In this document: positions 11,383 through 20,378 of the stretch, one piece after another
Position numbering within the stretch: the stretch's first letter is position 1
Layout of the letters: each line of letters opens with the position of its first letter
Assembly: GCA_024693845.1 (NCBI GenBank)
Contig: JAILKJ010000039.1
Location: 26,205 to 90,204 of the forward strand
DNA: 64,000 nt
Source of the DNA: Lachnospiraceae bacterium
GTDB lineage: Bacteria; Bacillota; Clostridia; Lachnospirales; Lachnospiraceae
Reading direction: 5' to 3'
Program-made: the position numbers and the translations under genes
Notes under the pieces: model-generated
What the model saw: only the letters and a program-made list of their open reading frames with translations
What the model was told of the DNA's origin: nothing
Databases searched by the model: none

Positions 11383-12264
11383 ATGTACAAAATCGTGAAA
11401 GCCAAACAACTGGCCTCCAGCATTGTTTATTTTGATGTCGAGGCACCCCGTGTGGCAGCATCCTGCCTTCCGGGTCAGTTCGTGATCGTGCGTATGGATG
11501 AAAAGGGAGAGAGGATTCCGCTTACCATCTGCGATTATGACAGGGAAAAGGGAACCGTTACCATTGTCATCCAGTGCATCGGAGCGGCTACCGCCAAGAT
11601 GAAGAATCTGAAGGAAGGGGACGCTTTCCATGATTTTGTAGGCCCTCTTGGACGTCCTTCCGAGTTCTGTGAGGAGGATCTTGCAACCCTTCGCGGCAAG
11701 AAGATCATCTTTGTTGCCGGCGGACTGGGTACCGCACCTGTATATCCTCAGGTGAAATGGCTGAATGAGCAGGGCGTGAAGGCCGATGTTATCATCGGTG
11801 CCAAGACCAAGGATCTTCTGATCCTGGAGGATGAGATGAAGGCTGTGGCAGGTGAGGTTTTCCCTACCACGGATGACGGATCCTACGGCAGAAGCGGTAT
11901 GGTTACCAATACCCTTAAGGATCTGGTGGAGAAGGAGGGCAAGAGCTATGATGTATGCGTTGCCATCGGACCCATGATCATGATGAAATTCGTCTGTCTG
12001 ACCACCAAGGAGCTGAATATCCCCACCATCGTTTCCATGAACCCCATCATGGTAGACGGTACGGGAATGTGCGGCGCCTGCCGTCTTACTGTAGACGGTG
12101 AGGTGAAGTTCGCCTGCGTGGACGGTCCCGAGTTTGACGGACACAAGGTGGATTTCGATCAGGCCATGAAGAGAATGACCATCTACAAGACCGCTGAAGG
12201 AAGAGCACTGCTGCGCGAGCAGGAAGGCGACACCCATCATGGCGGCTGCGGCCAGTGCGACTAA
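11383..12264 (+). CDS. sulfide/dihydroorotate dehydrogenase-like FAD/NAD-binding subunit (NfnA-like, 2Fe-2S C-terminus)
   Basis: 293 aa with a ferredoxin-reductase fold pattern. GGLGTAP NAD motif. C-terminal CGACRLTVDG..FACVDGPEF cluster. Confidence 0.8.
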   Translation: MYKIVKAKQLASSIVYFDVEAPRVAASCLPGQFVIVRMDEKGERIPLTICDYDREKGTVTIVIQCIGAATAKMKNLKEGDAFHDFVGPLGRPSEFCEEDLATLRGKKIIFVAGGLGTAPVYPQVKWLNEQGVKADVIIGAKTKDLLILEDEMKAVAGEVFPTTDDGSYGRSGMVTNTLKDLVEKEGKSYDVCVAIGPMIMMKFVCLTTKELNIPTIVSMNPIMVDGTGMCGACRLTVDGEVKFACVDGPEFDGHKVDFDQAMKRMTIYKTAEGRALLREQEGDTHHGGCGQCD

Positions 12265-12278
12265 GGAGGAAAGTGATC

Positions 12279-13667
12279 ATGGAAGTAGATGTAATGAAGA
12301 AAGTTCCTGTCAGAGAACAGGATGCAAAAGTGCGGGCAACCAATTTTGAAGAGGTATGCCTGGGATATAACGAAGAAGAGGCAATGACTGAGGCATCCAG
12401 ATGTCTGAACTGTAAAAATGCCATGTGCGTAAAGGGCTGCCCCGTAGCCATTGATATTCCGGCCTTCATTGCGAAGGTAAAGGAAGGAGAGTTTGCACAG
12501 GCTTACGAGATCCTTTCTGCCTCCAGTGCACTGCCGGCTGTCTGCGGACGTGTATGTCCTCAGGAGAGCCAGTGCGAGGGCAAGTGTATCCGCGGTATCA
12601 AAGGCGAGCCGGTTTCCATCGGCAAGCTGGAGAGATTCGTTGCCGACTGGGCATGTGCCAACGGCATCAAGCCCAAGGCATCCGGCCAGAAGAAGGGCAA
12701 GAAGGTAGCCGTGATCGGTTCCGGTCCTGCAGGTCTTACCTGTGCCGGTGATCTGGCAAGAATGGGCTATGACGTTACCATCTTTGAAGCACTGCATGAG
12801 GCAGGCGGCGTGCTGGTATACGGTATTCCCGAGTTCCGTCTCCCCAAGGAAAGAGTAGTTGCCAAGGAGATCGAGAATGTAAAAGGTCTGGGTGTTAAGA
12901 TCGAGACCAATGTGGTCATCGGTAAGTCCACCACCATTGACGAACTGATGGAAAAAGAAGGCTTCTCTGCAGTATTCATCGGTTCCGGCGCAGGTCTTCC
13001 CAAGTTCATGGGAATTCCCGGAGAGCAGGCAAACGGCGTATTCTCCGCCAATGAGTACCTGACCAGAAGTAACCTGATGAAGGCATTTGATGAAAACAGC
13101 GCTACACCCATCATGCGTGCCAAGAAGGCCGTGATCGTAGGCGGCGGAAACGTGGCTATGGATGCCGCAAGAACCGCACTCCGTCTGGGCGCTGAGACCC
13201 ATATCGTATACAGAAGATCCGAGGAAGAGCTTCCCGCCAGAGTGGAAGAAGTACATCATGCTAAGGAAGAGGGCATCATTTTTGATCTCCTTACCAATCC
13301 CGTGGAGATCCTCCAGGATGAGAACGGCTGGGTAAGCGGTGTGAAGTGCATCCGCATGGAGCTGGGTGAGCCCGATGAGTCCGGCAGAAGAAGACCGGTG
13401 GAAGTACCCGGTTCCGAATTTACCATTGACTGCGACTGCGTGATCATGAGTCTGGGCACCAGTCCGAACCCGTTGATCTCCTCCACCACCAAGGGTATGG
13501 AAGTCAACAAGCGCAAGTGCATCGTAGCCGAAGAAGAAACCGGCAAGACCACCAAGGAGGGCGTTTACGCCGGCGGCGATGCCGTTACCGGTGCCGCAAC
13601 CGTTATCCTTGCCATGGGTGCCGGCAAAGCAGGTGCGAAGGGCATCGACGAATTTTTATCTGAGTAA
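12279..13667 (+). CDS. gltA: NADPH-dependent glutamate synthase homotetrameric-type (GltA) / NfnB-like subunit
   Basis: ATG at 12279 lies 8 nt after AAGGAGGA. Two 4Fe-4S Cys clusters (CLNCKNAMCVKGCP, CGRVCPQESQCEGKC). Two Rossmann GxGxxG motifs (VIGSGPAG, VVGGGNVAMD). Confidence 0.85.
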   Translation: MEVDVMKKVPVREQDAKVRATNFEEVCLGYNEEEAMTEASRCLNCKNAMCVKGCPVAIDIPAFIAKVKEGEFAQAYEILSASSALPAVCGRVCPQESQCEGKCIRGIKGEPVSIGKLERFVADWACANGIKPKASGQKKGKKVAVIGSGPAGLTCAGDLARMGYDVTIFEALHEAGGVLVYGIPEFRLPKERVVAKEIENVKGLGVKIETNVVIGKSTTIDELMEKEGFSAVFIGSGAGLPKFMGIPGEQANGVFSANEYLTRSNLMKAFDENSATPIMRAKKAVIVGGGNVAMDAARTALRLGAETHIVYRRSEEELPARVEEVHHAKEEGIIFDLLTNPVEILQDENGWVSGVKCIRMELGEPDESGRRRPVEVPGSEFTIDCDCVIMSLGTSPNPLISSTTKGMEVNKRKCIVAEEETGKTTKEGVYAGGDAVTGAATVILAMGAGKAGAKGIDEFLSE

Positions 13668-13687
13668 ATACGTAAATACGAGTGTGT

Positions 13688-13760
13688 ACGATGAATTTCC
13701 GCCTCTTCGGACGACATTACGAACCTGCGAGTTTGAGGCAGAAGAGACGGATGAATCGTG
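13688..13760. repeat. long-stem palindromic element, copy 1 (decayed)
   Basis: ACGATGAATTTCCGCCTCTTC - GGACGACATTACGAACCTGCGAGTTTGAGGCA - GAAGAGACGGATGAATCGTG. Arms partly complementary. Shares its core with the copies at 13805 and 63357. Confidence 0.7.
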
Positions 13761-13804
13761 CATAACCCGATGTATCGATCAATAGAGATTGATAATGAGC
13801 ATAC

Positions 13805-13877
13805 GCGATACATCTACCCCTCTTCGGACGACATTACGAGCTTGCGAGTCTGAGGGAGAAGAGGGGTATGTATCGTG
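13805..13877. repeat. long-stem palindromic element, copy 2
   Basis: GCGATACATCTACCCCTCTTC - GGACGACATTACGAGCTTGCGAGTCTGAGGGA - GAAGAGGGGTATGTATCGTG. About 18 bp of near-perfect arm pairing with a CT bulge. Confidence 0.75.
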
Positions 13878-13921
13878 TATGCGGAGTAAATTATTACACG
13901 GAAAGACGAGGAACGAGCAAC

Positions 13922-14773
13922 ATGTGGTGTCCCAAATGTAAGAATGAATACCGCGAAGGCTTCACCCATTGCCCCGACTGCGATGTGGACCTTGTGGAAA
14001 GCCTGGAGGATCTGCCGGTCCGTGTGACCTTCGGCGACCCGGAAGCCATTGAAGAGATGATCGCCTTTCTGCGCTCAAACGGAGTGCAGTCAGCACAGAG
14101 CAGTTTTGATCAGGAAGAGCAGGTCAGCGAGCTGAGTGTGGACCCTTCCGAGCTGGATGAAACCAGGAAGATCCTTCGCGTATTTCTGGAAGAGAAGGCC
14201 AAAGAGGAACTGGAAGCAGCGTCGCAGGAGGATGATGAAACTGAGGAGGGAGATGCCCCCGAAGTGATCATCGAAGAGCCCGAAGAGGAAGCCTATGAGC
14301 GCCCCAGGACCTATGAATCCATGCAATCCAAGGCAGGAGAATACAAAGCATCCGCAGGAGCCCTGATCCTTGTGGGAGTTGTGGGAGTCGCAGCGGTAGT
14401 GATGCTCTATCTGGATAAGCTTCCCATCCGGTTATCCGGCGGATCCAAAGCGCTTATCTGTATCGTGATGGGCTTTCTGTTCGCACTTTTCCTGATGCTG
14501 GGATTTGCTTCCGTCAGCACTTATAAGAAGCTTCTGGCAAGCGCATCCACGGAGGAAGAGCTCATCGAAAGCATCAAGGCCTATATGGCAGAGAACCTGA
14601 CCAAAGATCAGGTGGAAGCTGCCCTCCCCGAAAACGGAGAAGAGATGGATGAGGAGCAGGCCTATTTCCCCAGAATGGAGTTTATCAAAGAGACACTTAC
14701 AAAAGAGTTCTCCGATACAGATCAGCTCCTGATCGATAAGCTGGCCGATGATTGGTATACCGAGATCTATTAA
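13922..14773 (+). CDS. zinc-ribbon membrane protein of unknown function
   Basis: MWCPKCKNEY..HCPDCDVDL ribbon, acidic linker, two TM helices (ALILVGVVGVAAVVMLYL, ALICIVMGFLFALFLMLGFASV). The track start 13868 lies inside the palindromic repeat, so ATG 13922 is preferred. Confidence 0.6.
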   Translation: MWCPKCKNEYREGFTHCPDCDVDLVESLEDLPVRVTFGDPEAIEEMIAFLRSNGVQSAQSSFDQEEQVSELSVDPSELDETRKILRVFLEEKAKEELEAASQEDDETEEGDAPEVIIEEPEEEAYERPRTYESMQSKAGEYKASAGALILVGVVGVAAVVMLYLDKLPIRLSGGSKALICIVMGFLFALFLMLGFASVSTYKKLLASASTEEELIESIKAYMAENLTKDQVEAALPENGEEMDEEQAYFPRMEFIKETLTKEFSDTDQLLIDKLADDWYTEIY

Positions 14774-14800
14774 GATTCGGATGTGGAAGAAGCATAAAGC

Positions 14801-15280
14801 ATGAAGATCGATATACTCTGTGTGGGTAAGATCAAAGAAAACTATTTTAAAGAAGGCGTTTCGGAATATTCCAAACGTCTTTCTCGTTATTGTGACCTGA
14901 AGATCATCGAGGTTTCCGACGAAAGCACCAAGGAAGAGTGCAGCGAGCAGGAAAAGAGCCTTGTTCTGGAAAAGGAAGGGCAGAGGCTGGAGAAATATAT
15001 ATCGCCGGATGCTTATCTCATCGCCCTTGCCATCGAAGGGAAGCAGTATACCTCCGAGGGGCTGTCGGCGGCCATGGATGATCTTATGGTCCGGGGTAAC
15101 AGCCATATCCAGTTCGTGATCGGGGGCTCCCTGGGTCTTTCGCCGAAGGTTCTGTCCCGGGCAAACGAAAAACTCAGCTTTTCGAAGCTGACCTTTCCCC
15201 ACCAGCTGATGCGGGTGATCCTGCTGGAGCAGATCTATCGGAGCTTCCGCATCAGCCGCAAAGAACCCTATCATAAATAA
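14801..15280 (+). CDS. rlmH: 23S rRNA (pseudouridine1915-N3)-methyltransferase
   Basis: 159 aa with SPOUT-family pattern: MKIDILCVGKIKE, FVIGGSLGLS, LSFSKLTFPHQLMRVILLEQIYR. Confidence 0.92.
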   Translation: MKIDILCVGKIKENYFKEGVSEYSKRLSRYCDLKIIEVSDESTKEECSEQEKSLVLEKEGQRLEKYISPDAYLIALAIEGKQYTSEGLSAAMDDLMVRGNSHIQFVIGGSLGLSPKVLSRANEKLSFSKLTFPHQLMRVILLEQIYRSFRISRKEPYHK

Positions 15281-15377
15281 AGAATCCGAAATTAAAGGCA
15301 ACCGGATCCGGAAAAATGCTGTATTGTTAGTGAAGTGATCAAAACAGCGGCATTGCGTTATCAAAAAGGAGAAAGCC

Positions 15378-18300
15378 ATGAAAGAAGCAGAAAACATCCA
15401 GAACATCCAGTATGAACTGCCTCAATACGAAAAGATCGACGAGAAAGAGCAGCGTAACAATCGTACGGAGTTTTTCAATCTGTATACCATCGCGGCTGAG
15501 AGTTTAGATGAAAAAAGAAAGACTGACACTTACGCTAACCCGAGCTATCAGAATGCGAACGGGATTACGTATCAGGTCTATGATCCTATCAGTGTCACAT
15601 ATCTGCTCAACCCCATCAAGAGGATGGACTATAAGCCTGTAGCCGACAAAGAGCTCTTTAAAACATTTGAGAAGGATATGGCAGAAGCCTATGCCCAGCT
15701 GGAGAAAAATATCGATGCGGCGCTGGAGGATCCTGCGACGATGGATCTCTATGTAAAGGCAGCCAATGCCGAGCTTAAAAGGGCATACGAAGCCAGAGAG
15801 AACGCAAGAAAAGAACTGGAAGACGCCCAAAAGTCGCTGGAAAGAGCAAAACAAAATAGGGAAAGAGCACAAAAGGACCTGGAAGAGGCGAGAGGAAATC
15901 TGCAAAAGGCAGAACTGGAACGGGATCTTGTTTATAATCCCTTTGCACATAACATGGGAGCTGAGGGCGCTGCCGAGAAGGTAACGGAGGCTGAGAACGC
16001 ACTGAAGGCGGCAGAGACGGCCATCAAAGAAGCCGAGCAGTCCGTTAAGGAGAAAGATGCTGCAGAGAAGAAGACAGTACCGGTGTATGATAAGGCAGCA
16101 AAACTGGCCGGCCTTGACTCCTTTAATACCTACAAGGAGAAGGCACGCCGTTTCCTGAAGGCCCATAGTCTGGGAGAAATGAAACGTGAAATGGATGGAG
16201 ACACCTATCCTTATCTTTCGGGTGTCAATCTGATGTTCGCAGCAGTCAAAACACATCAGGCCATGCTGGATACGGGGATTGATACGAACCTGATCTATAA
16301 GATGGCAGTGGCGGATGAGGCCCTTCCCGTGTATGATATGATCCTCAAAACAGAGGAGCATGTCGAGACTTACACGGATTATCTGCATACAAAAGAAAAC
16401 GGGAATATGACGCCCGAAAAGGAGCAGGAATACCGTGAAAAGCTTTACAGGCAGGCCCGTGAGGCGGCTTCGCTGTCTTCGCAATACTCTGAGGCTGTCA
16501 AAAATCCTGAGACAAATAAGTTTTTCCATGATCTTCGAGTAACGGATGAGAAAAATGAACCCTTTGAGCTCAGCAAGTATTCTGCCCGTGGTATCGGACG
16601 ACTTGATGCATCCATCCAGGCTCATATCACAGGTCTTGAGAACAACTGGAAAATAGAGGATCTGGGAACCCTGGTTGCCTTTAATATGGCAAGAGACAGC
16701 ATCAACTGTGATGCCATGTACAAGAGGGGGTTGGGCATCGACGGGTTTGAGGAAAGGGAAGAGCCGGAGTATGGCAGCCCTGAAAAAGCGGAATTTGCCG
16801 GCAGGATGAACGAGCTTTTTGAAAAGATCGACAGCATCCCTCTTTCGGATAACAGTCACAGGAATGAGATCCTGGGACAGATGCACGATCTGATGGCAGA
16901 AGGATCCACCAGGGGATTTATAGAAAAGGAATATACTGAGACTTTTGCCCGAAGCTATCAGAAATCCATGGAAAGAAACGCTCTGATCGAAGCGGGTAAG
17001 GAAGCTGCAGTTGTACCTCTTCCCCCCTATGGGAGAGTGGATCTCGGTGTGACGGAAGAAAATATGAGAATGTTCATGCGGGATGAAGCGGCCAACCTGT
17101 TATGGGGTGTTGCTTCCGCACTTGACAAAAAATTCGAGGTTAAGCTTCCCGAAGAGCTTGAGGAAGGCGGCGAACTCTATGAGGCTGCCTACGGAGAAGG
17201 TCTGACGACAACTGTCCCGGCCATCGGTCATGGCACGTCAAAGGCAAGTGAAGTAGTAGACAGGAAGGCTCTGGAACAGTTTCGTGACTTATCCAGGGAG
17301 ACTGCGGATGAATGGGATGCGCTGATCCACGAGGCTTTACCGGACCATCCTTATGCCCAGAAGATGGAAGCGGCTTTAAAAGCAACAACTACCAACAGGC
17401 TCAGACTTGCCGCTGATGGGTTTACGGATGTATATATGACTGCTACAAACCCTGTTTTTTCGGGGGTGAAATCTCTTATCGCAGATACGGGTATCGTGTT
17501 CAACGATAAGCTGGGCACGGTGATGGAGGAGTGCAAAGACACCTTTCCCGTGTTTGACTGTATCATCCAGGGTGATGAGCATTTACAGACCACTGTGGAT
17601 TATCAGAAGGAATGTGAAAGCGGAACTATGACCCCGGAAAAAACCGAGGAATATCGTCGGACGATGTATGCACAGGCGGCGGCACTTTTGCCCAAAGTAA
17701 AGCAGCTGAGTGACACGGTTGTGAACAACAGACCTGAGACGGACCGTCTTCACGAGCTGGGGGTTACACAGAACGATCCCTTCCAGCTGGGAAAGTATTC
17801 GGCAAGAGGATGCCTTGGTCTGGAAGCAGGTTTGGAGGCGGAGCTTCACGGACTGAAAAACGGCTGGGCCATCGAAGACCTTAATGCACTGAGTGCCTTT
17901 AACTTTATCAGACAGCATGAGCGTGGGAATTATGAATACAACAAAGCAACCACATTTGCAAATTTCCAAAGGTTTGATCCGCCTCAATATCCTTCCGAGG
18001 AATGCAGGCAGTATTTTGATAAAATGGATGCGGCCTTTAAAGCCTTTAAGGAGACTCCTGTTCAGTCGAAGGAAGACAGGCTCAAAATACTGAATGGGAT
18101 GCAAAAACTGATCGAGACCGGTATTGAGAAAAAATACCTGAGCAACTCCGGTTCAGTCCGGGTTGGGAAGGAACTGCTTCAGAAGGCAAGACTTCGGGAT
18201 GATGCCATTGCCAAGGGCAAGATTCCTGCCGCATATGAGGCCCTGGGTCAGAATAATACCCTTGTATTCAAATCACAGATAGAGGGAAAGGCAGCCTTTG

Positions 18301-19049
18301 AAACAAAAAGGAGCAAGGCATTTTTAGGCAGGGAGTCAGCTGAACATAAGGCACTTCGTGAGTCCTATGAGGGGCTTACCGAAGCAAAAAACGCTCTGGG
18401 CTTTCCGCCCACCACAGAGCAGATGAGAGCTTATCTGGATCAGATTGATCTGGTTGAGCTCAATGCCAAGATCTACCAGAAGGAAAGGGCAGGAGCCTCC
18501 TCCGAAGCAGGAAAAGAGAGACTGAAAGGCGCACAGAAGCTGGAAAGCTTTGCAGTAAAAGAAAGAAAACGCTTCATGGATCTTCTGAACAAGGATAAAA
18601 AGCCCGAAGAGCAGATATCTCTGAAGACCTTCAGGAAGCTTCAGGCATCAGATGCCGCAAACCATGCCCTGACGGAGTTTGAAAATATGGATAAGCTTCC
18701 TGCAAAGGGAGATGCGAAAGAAGAAGCCATGTCCATGATGGCAGACGTTCTCGTTCACCAGTTGGCAGGCAGCAGGCAGGATTCCACCGCCAAAGTCTTC
18801 GAAGAGAAGGGCATGTCAGTCCTGAAGCAGGAGGTCATGAAGAACAGTGCTTTCCAGAAGATGGCGGATTCCTATCTGAACGGCAAGAAGACCGGCGCCG
18901 AGCTTTGCAATGATCTGATGAGCGGCAAATGCATGAAGAAGATAGGAAAGATGCGTGAAAAGCTGAATGAGCAGCAGAAGGAAAAGGACAAGAAGATGGA
19001 GGAGGCAAAGTACAAGCCCAAGAAGAAGGCTGCCGCAAAGCAGGCCTGA
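15378..19049 (+). CDS. large (1223 aa) cytoplasmic alpha-helical/coiled-coil protein of unknown function with duplicated ~210-aa module
   Basis: RBS AAAGGAG upstream. Uninterrupted 3.7-kb frame. No signal peptide or TM. Charged heptad region. Two paralogous modules carrying the KYSARG motif. Lys-rich tail. Confidence 0.8.
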   Translation: MKEAENIQNIQYELPQYEKIDEKEQRNNRTEFFNLYTIAAESLDEKRKTDTYANPSYQNANGITYQVYDPISVTYLLNPIKRMDYKPVADKELFKTFEKDMAEAYAQLEKNIDAALEDPATMDLYVKAANAELKRAYEARENARKELEDAQKSLERAKQNRERAQKDLEEARGNLQKAELERDLVYNPFAHNMGAEGAAEKVTEAENALKAAETAIKEAEQSVKEKDAAEKKTVPVYDKAAKLAGLDSFNTYKEKARRFLKAHSLGEMKREMDGDTYPYLSGVNLMFAAVKTHQAMLDTGIDTNLIYKMAVADEALPVYDMILKTEEHVETYTDYLHTKENGNMTPEKEQEYREKLYRQAREAASLSSQYSEAVKNPETNKFFHDLRVTDEKNEPFELSKYSARGIGRLDASIQAHITGLENNWKIEDLGTLVAFNMARDSINCDAMYKRGLGIDGFEEREEPEYGSPEKAEFAGRMNELFEKIDSIPLSDNSHRNEILGQMHDLMAEGSTRGFIEKEYTETFARSYQKSMERNALIEAGKEAAVVPLPPYGRVDLGVTEENMRMFMRDEAANLLWGVASALDKKFEVKLPEELEEGGELYEAAYGEGLTTTVPAIGHGTSKASEVVDRKALEQFRDLSRETADEWDALIHEALPDHPYAQKMEAALKATTTNRLRLAADGFTDVYMTATNPVFSGVKSLIADTGIVFNDKLGTVMEECKDTFPVFDCIIQGDEHLQTTVDYQKECESGTMTPEKTEEYRRTMYAQAAALLPKVKQLSDTVVNNRPETDRLHELGVTQNDPFQLGKYSARGCLGLEAGLEAELHGLKNGWAIEDLNALSAFNFIRQHERGNYEYNKATTFANFQRFDPPQYPSEECRQYFDKMDAAFKAFKETPVQSKEDRLKILNGMQKLIETGIEKKYLSNSGSVRVGKELLQKARLRDDAIAKGKIPAAYEALGQNNTLVFKSQIEGKAAFETKRSKAFLGRESAEHKALRESYEGLTEAKNALGFPPTTEQMRAYLDQIDLVELNAKIYQKERAGASSEAGKERLKGAQKLESFAVKERKRFMDLLNKDKKPEEQISLKTFRKLQASDAANHALTEFENMDKLPAKGDAKEEAMSMMADVLVHQLAGSRQDSTAKVFEEKGMSVLKQEVMKNSAFQKMADSYLNGKKTGAELCNDLMSGKCMKKIGKMREKLNEQQKEKDKKMEEAKYKPKKKAAAKQA

Positions 19050-19066
19050 TGTCTTGAAAAATGCCC

Positions 19067-19094
19067 TTGACGTACGGGATTTTTCTGCTATAAT
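19067..19094 (+). promoter_or_regulatory. sigma-A type promoter for rpsU
   Basis: TTGACG (19067-19072), 16-nt spacer, TATAAT (19089-19094), about 70 nt upstream of the rpsU ATG. Confidence 0.6.
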
Positions 19095-19165
19095 AATTGA
19101 TGTGTGTAAACATAAATAAACCCCAGCGATCACGAAGGGACTGAAGGGAGGTCAGGGGCTAGTAT

Positions 19166-19342
19166 ATGTCGAATGTTATCGTAAAAGAGAACGAATCTTT
19201 AGATAGTGCACTTCGTCGTTTCAAGAGAAGTTGTGCAAAGGCGGGTATCCAGCAGGAGATCCACAAGAGAGAGCATTACGAGAAACCCAGCGTAAGACGT
19301 AAGAAAAAGTCTGAAGCTGCCCGTAAGCGCAAATATAACTAA
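19166..19342 (+). CDS. rpsU: 30S ribosomal protein S21
   Basis: Not in the ORF track (58 aa). Translation [67 protein letters not shown] upstream. Confidence 0.93.
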   Translation: MSNVIVKENESLDSALRRFKRSCAKAGIQQEIHKREHYEKPSVRRKKKSEAARKRKYN

Positions 19343-19353
19343 GATTTCAAAGA

Positions 19354-19383
19354 CGCCTCCGGAATTTCCGGAGGTGTTTTTTT
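19354..19383 (+). terminator. intrinsic terminator after rpsU
   Basis: CGCCTCCGGA-ATT-TCCGGAGGTG stem-loop followed by a T7 run. Confidence 0.85.
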
Positions 19384-19466
19384 GTCACTTTTTCGGTTCC
19401 TTTTTCCCTGCGGGTATGCTATAATTTGTTGCGTATGCGATTTTTGAATGGTAGAGGTTTTTTGTC

Positions 19467-20378
19467 ATGCAGATAGCACCTGAGTTTTTGAACGTCACCT
19501 TTCTTCAGGTGATGGAGTGCTTTGTGATTTACAGTATATTGGGATGGCTGGTGGAATCGGCTTACATGAGCATTTGCGAAAAGAAGCTGACCAACCGCGG
19601 CTTCGGCCTCGGACCATTTTGCCCCATCTACGGAGTGGGGGCTTCGGTGGGAGCGATCCTGCTCAGTCCTTTCAGGGCATCGATCCCGCTTTTGTATATT
19701 GTCAGTGCTGTTTCGGCAACAATCTTTGAATATCTTGTAGGCAGACTGATGCAGCTTTCCCTGGGTGATTTCTGGTGGGACTATACGGAAAAGCCCTTTA
19801 ACTATAAGGGGATCATCTGCCTGGAAAGTACCCTGGCCTGGGGCATGTACGGGATCATCGTTGTAAAGTTCCTGCATCCCTATGTGCTGCACAGAACACT
19901 GGAGATACCCAGACAGTCCGGTATGGTCTTCAGTCTGGCCATCCTGCTGGTATACTTTTTCGATTTCTCCTTCCATGTTCTGCTGGCGCTTCATATCGAT
20001 GCGGCAGAAAGAGCACATGAAAGAACGGTGGGAGCCATGGAGTATGCCAAGGAGAGGACCGTGGAAGCTGCCAGCGTTATGCGTGAGAAGACTACCGGAG
20101 CCATGGAGCATGCCAGGGAGAGGACCGTGGAAGCTGCCAGCGTTATGCGTGAGAAGACTACCGGTGCCATGGAGCATGCCAGGGAGAGAACCGTGGAGGC
20201 GGCCAGCGCAATGCGGGAGAAGACCTCCGGTGCGGTAGAGAAGGCCCGTGAGAAGACGGCGGAAGCCGCTACCGCCATGCGTGAGAAAACAAGCGAAGCT
20301 GTAGGAAGACAGCGGCGCGCAGTATCCCGGCGCCGTCAGGCGGTACTGAACTGGTATCGGGATCATCGCTGGAGATGA
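19467..20378 (+). CDS. polytopic membrane protein of the putative ABC-transporter type IV (CmpB/PF06541-like) family with a C-terminal 11/22-residue repeat tail
   Basis: Family-like motif FVIYSILGWLVESAYM..RGFGLGPFCPIYGVGA. An extended -10 TGCTATAAT sits at 19417-19425. The C-terminal 100 aa are tandem repeats. Confidence 0.7.
   Translation: MQIAPEFLNVTFLQVMECFVIYSILGWLVESAYMSICEKKLTNRGFGLGPFCPIYGVGASVGAILLSPFRASIPLLYIVSAVSATIFEYLVGRLMQLSLGDFWWDYTEKPFNYKGIICLESTLAWGMYGIIVVKFLHPYVLHRTLEIPRQSGMVFSLAILLVYFFDFSFHVLLALHIDAAERAHERTVGAMEYAKERTVEAASVMREKTTGAMEHARERTVEAASVMREKTTGAMEHARERTVEAASAMREKTSGAVEKAREKTAEAATAMREKTSEAVGRQRRAVSRRRQAVLNWYRDHRWR
20008..20315 (+). repeat. in-frame tandem repeat, 66-nt (22-aa) units built from 11-aa half units
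   Basis: Units 20052-20117 and 20118-20183 differ at one base by eye (ERTVEAASVMREKTTGAMEHAR x2). They are followed by two diverged units and preceded by partial 11-mers. Confidence 0.9.

Noticed and set aside
13845-13860. CTGAGGGAG in the palindromic element resembles the hammerhead CUGANGA core
   Set aside because: The final A of the core is a G here. Copy 1 reads TTTGAGGCAG. No GAAA or three-way junction partner is evident.
19066-19076. CTTGACGTACG shared by the rpsU promoter (19066) and the TetR gene promoter (30019)
   Set aside because: An 11-nt match containing a -35 hexamer. It is too short to distinguish from chance or a plain promoter consensus.
20052-20315. Regular 66-nt direct repeats considered as a possible CRISPR or other non-coding array
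   Set aside because: The repeats are contiguous with no spacers. They are in frame within a CDS and encode a coherent 22-aa protein repeat.
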